Below are positions 57,774-64,000 of a stretch of 64,000 nt of DNA, piece after piece (position 1 is the stretch's first letter; each line of letters starts with the position of its first letter). A model generated the notes under the pieces. It saw only the letters and a list, made by a program, of their open reading frames with translations. It had not been told where the DNA came from and did not search any database. Source of the stretch: an uncultured virus (IMG/VR IMGVR_UViG_3300032289_002266) (taxonomy: Duplodnaviria; Heunggongvirae; Uroviricota; Caudoviricetes); the IMG/VR virus record IMGVR_UViG_3300032289_002266, one strand, 5' to 3'. The translations under genes were made by a program, and so were the position numbers.

Positions 57774-59096
57774 TTAAGGAACAATATAGAGCTGATTATT
57801 AGTAGTACATCTCCAAATAAATCCACTTCCTAATCCTGCCGACGTAGTAGGTACATTAGTAAGAGCAATGCGTGGTGTGTACGCTGTATTAGAAGACAGA
57901 GCTACTAAATTAGCACCAGCTATAATTGACGAGCACGTTGCTGTAGAACATATATTATTATTAACGCCTCCAAGTATACTGGAACCTGCAGCGCTAGCTC
58001 TGTTGCTACAACCACCAGCTACAGTTGAACAATTACCAAAAGCTGTATTACAACCACCACCACCTATAAAAGAAATGCTGCCATCCGCTGTATTTCTATT
58101 ACCACCAGCTACTGTAGAAAAATCACCACTAGCTATACTACTAAATCCACCAGCTACAGTTGAACAATTACCAAAAGCTGTATTACAACCACCACCAGCT
58201 ACTGTAGAAAAATCTCTAATCGCTTTATTTTTATAACCACCTCCAATAGTAGTAAAACCATAACCACCACCTGTATCACAGCCAGCTAAATTACAGTAAC
58301 CTCCACCTATAGTATTAGCTCCGTTTTCACAGCTACCGTAATAGCCTGAATACGTACTGTATGTGCAATTATTTCTACCACCACCTATAAAAGAAAAGAT
58401 ACTATTAGCTGTATTACTAAATCCACCAGCTACAGTTGAACAATGACCACTAGCTGTATTACAACTACCACCACCTATAAAAGAACTGGTAGAACTAGCT
58501 GTATTGCGATATCCCCCCGATGCTGTAGAATAACTACCACTAGCTATATTACCCAAACCACTACCTACAAACCCAAAACTACATGCAATATTACTTTGCC
58601 CGCCTACTACAACAGAACTACCACCGCAAGCTATATTACACTCACCACTGCCTATAAAGGAACTAATGCCGCTAGCCCTACCACTAAACCCCCCTGCTAT
58701 AGTAGAACAACTACCACTAGCTATATTATTTATGCCACCAGCTATATTAGAATAATTACCGCTAGCTGTATTTGCGCCTCTAACCGTAGTGATAGAGGAT
58801 GTAACATCAACCAGCGTATAAACCGAATCAGGTATACTAATACCTAGATATTGTTTAGCAGAAATAGTATTAGTAACAGTTACTGAGCTAAGCAGTACAT
58901 TATTTGTTGATAAGTAGTTTGTAACAGTATTTAAACTAGCACTTGAAAGAGTATTAAATCTATCATTAGTAACATATAAGCCAGAAAGACTATTTACTTC
59001 TGCGCGCTTCGTCACCTCTGTATTATCTACTATAATATAATCTGTTTTTAAAATAGTATTTGCTACTTCTAGCTGTGATATAGTCTTTTCTGCCAT
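57774..59096 (-). CDS. Fibre/adhesin-like protein with YadA-head-like ~14-aa repeats
   Basis: Repeated ASGxxSTVAGGxxN units; N-terminus KTISQL; late box upstream. Confidence 0.75.
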   Translation of the reverse strand: MAEKTISQLEVANTILKTDYIIVDNTEVTKRAEVNSLSGLYVTNDRFNTLSSASLNTVTNYLSTNNVLLSSVTVTNTISAKQYLGISIPDSVYTLVDVTSSITTVRGANTASGNYSNIAGGINNIASGSCSTIAGGFSGRASGISSFIGSGECNIACGGSSVVVGGQSNIACSFGFVGSGLGNIASGSYSTASGGYRNTASSTSSFIGGGSCNTASGHCSTVAGGFSNTANSIFSFIGGGRNNCTYSTYSGYYGSCENGANTIGGGYCNLAGCDTGGGYGFTTIGGGYKNKAIRDFSTVAGGGCNTAFGNCSTVAGGFSSIASGDFSTVAGGNRNTADGSISFIGGGGCNTAFGNCSTVAGGCSNRASAAGSSILGGVNNNICSTATCSSIIAGANLVALSSNTAYTPRIALTNVPTTSAGLGSGFIWRCTTNNQLYIVP

Positions 59097-59127
59097 ATAG
59101 TTATTTATAATAAGCCTACGCGTTTAT

Positions 59128-59158
59128 AAAAAAACTCTGTATGTGTTACATACAGAGT
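59128..59158 (-). terminator. Rho-independent terminator
   Basis: ACTCTGTATGT-gtt-ACATACAGAGT inverted repeat followed by a T-run on the minus strand. Confidence 0.75.
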
Positions 59159-59180
59159 AAAAAAAGTAATGTTACACTAA

Positions 59181-59426
59181 TTATACGAGTCCGTAGTATG
59201 CTTTAACAGCAGAAACTACATCTTCGTTAGTCCACTCATTAGGAGTATCGTAATTGTCTCCGGAGAGTTGATCCAGCTCAATTCTTTCACCTTGAATAAA
59301 GACGAAAATTTTCTTTTCGCCGGGAAGATCAACGATTCTATCAATTGTTATCTCTGAGATAGTTTCTGTAATCTCAGGTTGTTTAATAATTGTTTTTGGA
59401 GTATCTAATGTGATTTGTAAGCTCAT
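59181..59426 (-). CDS. Hypothetical protein
   Basis: ACTAAATA box 5 nt upstream. Confidence 0.65.
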   Translation of the reverse strand: MSLQITLDTPKTIIKQPEITETISEITIDRIVDLPGEKKIFVFIQGERIELDQLSGDNYDTPNEWTNEDVVSAVKAYYGLV

Positions 59427-59446
59427 AATTATATTTAGTCTATTTT

Positions 59447-60265
59447 TTAATATTTAAATAGATCTTTATACCATTTATATGTATTATCTAGCCAGATGCA
59501 TACATCTGTCCCTAGAATCTTTTCAGGAGCATTGTCTGTTTTCTCTAACTTAGTCCTAATTTTATGATCACCAAAAATACCATACAAAGAATCATCTTCT
59601 TCTGTTACTTGTGTAATGTTGTTAAAGTTATGATATTCATAGCTTGGTAATTCGAAGTAATTGTAAATACTTTTGAGCGTCTGTTCTGGAGACTTGCATA
59701 GATCTTCGTACCTAACAAACATTATTTTTTCATTTAGACCTTGTCTAAAGATCTCACTTAGTCTTTCTAGTGCTAGACCAAGCGGTTGAGTAGCTAGATA
59801 GTGGTCAACGCGCTTAGGAGTTGATGTATTTCTTAACTCAGCATGATTAACAATGCCGCTATCTGTTTCAGGAGCAGCTCTAAATTTCCTTTCCATAGAA
59901 GCAACTATTTGCTTCAGATCTCTAACCATGCAGATAACTTTAGGTTGTTCACCTATTACAAATTGTAATAAATCGTAATGTATTCCCCAACCTCTTGATT
60001 TTTCTAATACTACAGGCTTATCAGTTACGGCATTATAAAATCCATTTAATCCATTATAGCAAAAACTTTGGAATCCCCTTTTCATAAGCTCTGAATCTTG
60101 AGCCTTAAATGTTGGATCAGAACTAAAGTTTGCTCTAGCTCCATAAATTAATTCAAGAGTGCCAGAAGTAGGAGTGCAGTAGAAATCAGGATTCTGTGCA
60201 AAGATATTTTGTATTAGTGTTGATCCGGATCTTGGCAGAGATGAATTAAATAATAGTTTTTTCAT
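59447..60265 (-). CDS. PAPS-dependent sulfotransferase family protein
   Basis: 5'-PSB SLPRSGSTL, EKSRGW, 3'-PB MVRDLKQIVAS, VRYEDLCKSP. Confidence 0.88.
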   Translation of the reverse strand: MKKLLFNSSLPRSGSTLIQNIFAQNPDFYCTPTSGTLELIYGARANFSSDPTFKAQDSELMKRGFQSFCYNGLNGFYNAVTDKPVVLEKSRGWGIHYDLLQFVIGEQPKVICMVRDLKQIVASMERKFRAAPETDSGIVNHAELRNTSTPKRVDHYLATQPLGLALERLSEIFRQGLNEKIMFVRYEDLCKSPEQTLKSIYNYFELPSYEYHNFNNITQVTEEDDSLYGIFGDHKIRTKLEKTDNAPEKILGTDVCIWLDNTYKWYKDLFKY

Positions 60266-61149
60266 AGTGTTTTAAGAATAGCTTCTGTATCAAAGATCTC
60301 TGAAGGATCCATATATGGACACTCGTGAATAGCTCCTGTAAAGTTATAATCGAAAAGATATGAATCCACCGTACCCTCTAAAAATTCAGTCTTAGGTTTA
60401 ATATTTTTATGCATTTTATAACCAAAAACTTCAGGCTGTGTAGCTACCCAAACAACTGTGGATTGTAAACCTAATGCTGCAGCAGCATGCTGTAACGACG
60501 AGTCAACAAGAAGCCTAGCTTGTGAGTGTTCTAATAGACCAAATAGTACTTTTTTCTGTAATACCTTATCTATCCTTGTACAATTATTCAAAACTGGATG
60601 AAAGTCATAGCATATATGAACAACATGATATTTATCTTTAAGTTTATCTACCAGTTCTTGTGCTATTTCAGGATGAATATCACGAGTCCAGGAATATGGA
60701 AACTCTTGATGCTCTTTACCAGGTCCTCCAAACGGCTGAAAAATGAGTACAGGCTTATCGTCTTGAATCGGTATTGCTTTACTAGCTACTTCCCGCTCTC
60801 TGAAATTTAAAAACAATCTTGGTAGTTCGTTGTTGTACTCAACTCCGATCATTTTGCACCATGTTTCAAGTAAATGCAGCTTTTTGGTAATATGAGAAGT
60901 TGTCTTGTATGGCTCCTGCGCAAATACCTCTACATCCTTTTCGTATATATAATCAGCATAAAAGTGAGGTACACTACCGAGTTTATATACCTTTTTAATA
61001 AATTTATTATTTAAAAAGACTTCAGGCCAAGCCCCGACGACTATAATATCTCTATCAGGTTTATGCTTTTTGTAGCACTCTATAACAGCTGTAGCTGCTA
61101 CATGCTTACCTATACCTCCCTCAATATGAAAAACTGCTAACTTTGACAC
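60262..61149 (-). CDS. GT9-like (heptosyltransferase-family) glycosyltransferase
   Basis: EGGIGKHVAATAVI, PEVFLNN, IFQPFGG, LVDSSLQHAAAALG...VVW...FGY. Confidence 0.75.
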   Translation of the reverse strand: MSKLAVFHIEGGIGKHVAATAVIECYKKHKPDRDIIVVGAWPEVFLNNKFIKKVYKLGSVPHFYADYIYEKDVEVFAQEPYKTTSHITKKLHLLETWCKMIGVEYNNELPRLFLNFREREVASKAIPIQDDKPVLIFQPFGGPGKEHQEFPYSWTRDIHPEIAQELVDKLKDKYHVVHICYDFHPVLNNCTRIDKVLQKKVLFGLLEHSQARLLVDSSLQHAAAALGLQSTVVWVATQPEVFGYKMHKNIKPKTEFLEGTVDSYLFDYNFTGAIHECPYMDPSEIFDTEAILKTL

Positions 61150-61155
61150 TACTAT

Positions 61156-61183
61156 AATTTAGTAGTTTATGAGTAATTTTCAA
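61156..61183 (-). promoter_or_regulatory. Sigma70-like promoter TTGAAA-N16-TAAATT
   Basis: Ends 6 nt before the GTG at 61149. Confidence 0.45.
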
Positions 61184-61185
61184 GG

Positions 61186-63054
61186 TTATGGAACGATATA
61201 TAACTGATTTGTATTAGTACATCTCCAAACCGAGCCTGTCCCTAATCCAGCAGAAGTAATAGGTACATTAGTAAGTACTATACATGGTGTATACGCTGTA
61301 TTAGCTGATAGAGCTATTATATTTGCACCTGCTATAATAGAAGCGCATGTTGCTGTAGAGCGTATATTGTTACAAGCACCTCCAAGTATACTGGAATTAT
61401 TACCACTAGCTCTACTACTAAATCCACCTGCTACAGTAGAGTAATTACCACTAGATGTATTACCCAAACCACCTGATGCAGTAGAATAATTACCACTAGC
61501 TGTATTACAAGACCCACCTGATGCAGTAGAATAACTACCGCTAGCTGTATTACTAAAACCACCAGCTACTACAGTATAACTTCCGCTAGCTGCATTACAT
61601 TCACCGCTTCCAATAAAGGAGCCCCCCCCACTAGCTCTACTGCTAAATCCTCCCGCTATAGTTGAACGAGAACCGCTAGCTGTATTATTACACCCACCAC
61701 CTATATTAGAATAATTACCACTAGCTGTATTACAAAAACCACCACCTACAAACGAATAAGCATCAACTGTATTGCAAAAACCACCACCTATAGTAGAGTA
61801 AATACCGCTAGCTGTATTATTACTACCACTTCCCACAAAAGATCTACTGCCGCTAGCTCTATTCAGCCTACCACCGCCTATTGTGGATCCATTACTACTA
61901 GCTACACCACTTAAACCACCTGCTACAGTAGAGTAATTACCACTAGCTGTATTTCTGCATCCGCTTCCCACAAAGGAACAAGCACCACTAGCTATATTAC
62001 ACCTTCCCCCCGCTACAGCGGACCAAGTACCGCTAGCTCTACTACTAAATCCACCTGTTACAGTAGAGTAATTACCACTAGCTAGATTACCTTCACCTAA
62101 AGCAACGCTAGATCTGCCTGAAGCAACTGATGATATACCGATAACGAAGGAACCAGTACCGCTAGCTCTACTACTAAATCCACCTGCTACAGTAGAACAA
62201 TAACCACTAGCTGTATTACAAAAACCACCACCAACAGTAGCTCCGCAATATCCACTAGCTGTATTGCAAAAACCACCACCAACATTAGAATAATCACCAC
62301 AAGCTGCGTTGTCAAAACCTCCAGCTACATTAGAGCAACTACCGCTAGCTCTACTACTCAATCCACCTGCTACGGTAGAATTACTACCACTAGCTGTATT
62401 ACAACAACCACCGCCTATAGTAGAACGACTACCACTAGCTGTATTACTACGGCCACCACCTACTGTAGAATAATAACCACTAGATGTATTAAGCTCGCCT
62501 CCAGCTATAATAGAATAATTACCACTAGCTGTATTACCAGTACCACCAGCTACTGTAGCTCCGCAATAACCACTAGCTGTATTACCAATACCACCAGCTA
62601 CTGTAGCTCCGCGATAACCACTAGCTGTATTACCTTCGCCTAAAGCCACTGAAGCTCCACCTGATGCTACTGAAGATATACCGGTAACGAAAGAACCATA
62701 ACCGCTAGCACAACTACTAAGTCCTCCACCTACTGTAGAATAACTACCGCTAGCTGTATTACTCTTACCACCAGCTACTGTAGAATATATACCACTAGCT
62801 GTATTACTCTTACCACCAGCTACATTAGAATAATCACCACTAGCTGTATTTGAGCCACTTACTGGCAATATACTAGCAGTTCCGCTTAAGCCAAAACTAT
62901 ATACAGACTGAGCTGTACTTCCTCCACTACCAAAATATTCCGTTAACGAACTCAACGACCCAACTCTGGTCTCGCCACTCTGTACAAGTGGTATTCGTTC
63001 TTCTCCACTATATGGCTGTGTACTTACAGGAAGTTCGGAAATCTTTATACCCAT
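61186..63054 (-). CDS. Fibre/adhesin-like protein with YadA-head-like ~14-aa repeats (paralogue of 57774-59096)
   Basis: Long run of NTASGxYSTVxGG repeats; closely similar C-terminus ...WRCTxxNQLYIVP. Confidence 0.78.
   Translation of the reverse strand: MGIKISELPVSTQPYSGEERIPLVQSGETRVGSLSSLTEYFGSGGSTAQSVYSFGLSGTASILPVSGSNTASGDYSNVAGGKSNTASGIYSTVAGGKSNTASGSYSTVGGGLSSCASGYGSFVTGISSVASGGASVALGEGNTASGYRGATVAGGIGNTASGYCGATVAGGTGNTASGNYSIIAGGELNTSSGYYSTVGGGRSNTASGSRSTIGGGCCNTASGSNSTVAGGLSSRASGSCSNVAGGFDNAACGDYSNVGGGFCNTASGYCGATVGGGFCNTASGYCSTVAGGFSSRASGTGSFVIGISSVASGRSSVALGEGNLASGNYSTVTGGFSSRASGTWSAVAGGRCNIASGACSFVGSGCRNTASGNYSTVAGGLSGVASSNGSTIGGGRLNRASGSRSFVGSGSNNTASGIYSTIGGGFCNTVDAYSFVGGGFCNTASGNYSNIGGGCNNTASGSRSTIAGGFSSRASGGGSFIGSGECNAASGSYTVVAGGFSNTASGSYSTASGGSCNTASGNYSTASGGLGNTSSGNYSTVAGGFSSRASGNNSSILGGACNNIRSTATCASIIAGANIIALSANTAYTPCIVLTNVPITSAGLGTGSVWRCTNTNQLYIVP
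61380..62860 (-). repeat. Degenerate ~42-nt coding tandem repeats
   Basis: Recurrent ccactagctgtatt / ccaccagctac motifs. Confidence 0.85.
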
Positions 63055-63099
63055 GCCTTTATTTATTGCAATTCTAGTTTTTTACTATACTTTAATTAA

Positions 63100-63801
63100 A
63101 TGATCGTTTTCAATGAAGAAAAACACACATATACAAACTCTAAAACTGAAGAGCAGTATATATCTGTAACCACTCTTTTAGGTGAGTATAAGACTCCCTT
63201 TGACAAAGACAGACATTCACTTAGAGTAGCGGAAAGAGAGGGAGTACCGCAAGAGATGGTACTGGAGATGTGGAATAAGGAAAACAGAAAAGCTACAGAC
63301 AGAGGTACAAAAATTCACAAATTAATGGAGAATTATGTTAGCTTTGGTGAAAAGGCGGAAGATTATGATTGGCTTTATAAGTCCTATGATAAAGTAATTT
63401 CCTACTCTATAGATAAGTATAAGAAAATATATAGTGAGAATTTACTCTATAACGACGAATTTAAAATCGCTGGAACAGCAGACTTAATTTACGATCACGG
63501 AGATTATTTCACTATTGGAGACTTTAAGACTAATAAAAGGTTTAACTTCTCTAGCGACTTCAACGATCACTTTAAAGATCCAATCTCACATTTACCGTAT
63601 TGTGAATTTAATAATTATGCTCTGCAGATGTCGATGTATGCTTATATGTATGAAAATATCTCAGGTAAAAAGTGTAAAAAGATTGTTGTATTTTATTTAA
63701 GAGAAGATAAGTGGCAGCCTATTCACTGCAACTATCTGAAGAGTGACATTCAAAACATTTTAACGCACTACAAGCAAAATAAAGTAGGGGTTTTGAGCTA
63801 A
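63100..63801 (+). CDS. PD-(D/E)XK exonuclease
   Basis: FNEEKHTY, SVTTLL, RGTKIH, SE...IAGTADL...DFKTNK, YALQMSMY. Confidence 0.85.
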   Translation: MIVFNEEKHTYTNSKTEEQYISVTTLLGEYKTPFDKDRHSLRVAEREGVPQEMVLEMWNKENRKATDRGTKIHKLMENYVSFGEKAEDYDWLYKSYDKVISYSIDKYKKIYSENLLYNDEFKIAGTADLIYDHGDYFTIGDFKTNKRFNFSSDFNDHFKDPISHLPYCEFNNYALQMSMYAYMYENISGKKCKKIVVFYLREDKWQPIHCNYLKSDIQNILTHYKQNKVGVLS

Positions 63802-63820
63802 AAGAACCTAAATAAAAACA

Positions 63821-64000
63821 ATGAAAAAAGAGACTCTTATTAAGAAGCTTGAAACCCATTTTGATAAAATACAAGAAGCATTAGATGAAATTTCAACTTT
63901 GCTTGAGATAGATATGGATGATGATGAATTATCTGAGATGTCTGTATGCTTTAGAGAACAAATAGATAACTGTATTGCAGAAAACGAAGAATGCAATTAT
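63821..64000 (+). CDS. Hypothetical acidic protein, 3'-truncated by the window edge
   Basis: MKKETLIKKLETHFDKIQEALDEIS... open to the window end; CTAAATA box 6 nt upstream. Confidence 0.6.
   Translation, partial: MKKETLIKKLETHFDKIQEALDEISTLLEIDMDDDELSEMSVCFREQIDNCIAENEECNY

Noticed and set aside
57868..58847. Plus-strand ORFs 57868-58236 and 58443-58847, and similar short antisense or overlapping ORFs elsewhere
   Set aside because: Shadow frames of repetitive or biased real genes, with no initiation signals.
63100..63801. Cas4 / CRISPR-Cas component
   Set aside because: No clear four-Cys Fe-S pattern, no array and no other cas genes; fits an ordinary phage PD-(D/E)XK exonuclease.
63808..63996. 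Minus-strand 62-aa ORF
   Set aside because: Antisense to a better-supported plus-strand ORF starting at 63821 that has a TAAATA box.
1..64000. Stop-codon reassignment
   Set aside because: Core genes are full length under the standard code and coding density is high.
1..64000. tRNA, rRNA or structured ncRNA genes
   Set aside because: Intergenic gaps are very short and none was recognised by eye; a covariance-model search was not possible.

Overview
This is an AT-rich, gene-dense segment of a large T4-related (myovirus-type) bacteriophage genome, read with the standard genetic code. Bases 1-12 kb hold a replication block: helicase, probable helicase loader, gp32 ssDNA-binding protein, sliding clamp, RNase H-like 5'-3' exonuclease and primase, plus two free-standing endonucleases. 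Bases 12-52 kb are mostly a minus-strand virion block: extended baseplate, lectin and fibre genes, gp6, gp25, gp53, hub, tape measure, tube and sheath. This block is interrupted by a plus-strand fibre cassette, a cluster of small basic proteins, a clamp loader and a dUTPase. Bases 52-64 kb hold the terminase, a scaffold-like protein, a neck protein, two YadA-like repeat fibres flanking a GT9-like glycosyltransferase and a sulfotransferase, and a PD-(D/E)XK exonuclease. Top finding: the large terminase is fractured into two genes. They carry an atypically split intein (33-aa IntN starting with Cys; 114-aa IntC ending His-Asn, followed by Thr) directly after Walker B, with a free-standing endonuclease gene between the halves. 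Second: a TAAATA late-promoter-like box lies 5-7 nt before more than 20 start codons with no room for a Shine-Dalgarno, suggesting leaderless mRNAs; it also points to a nested in-frame gene. All product calls come from motif recognition and synteny; no database search was run.
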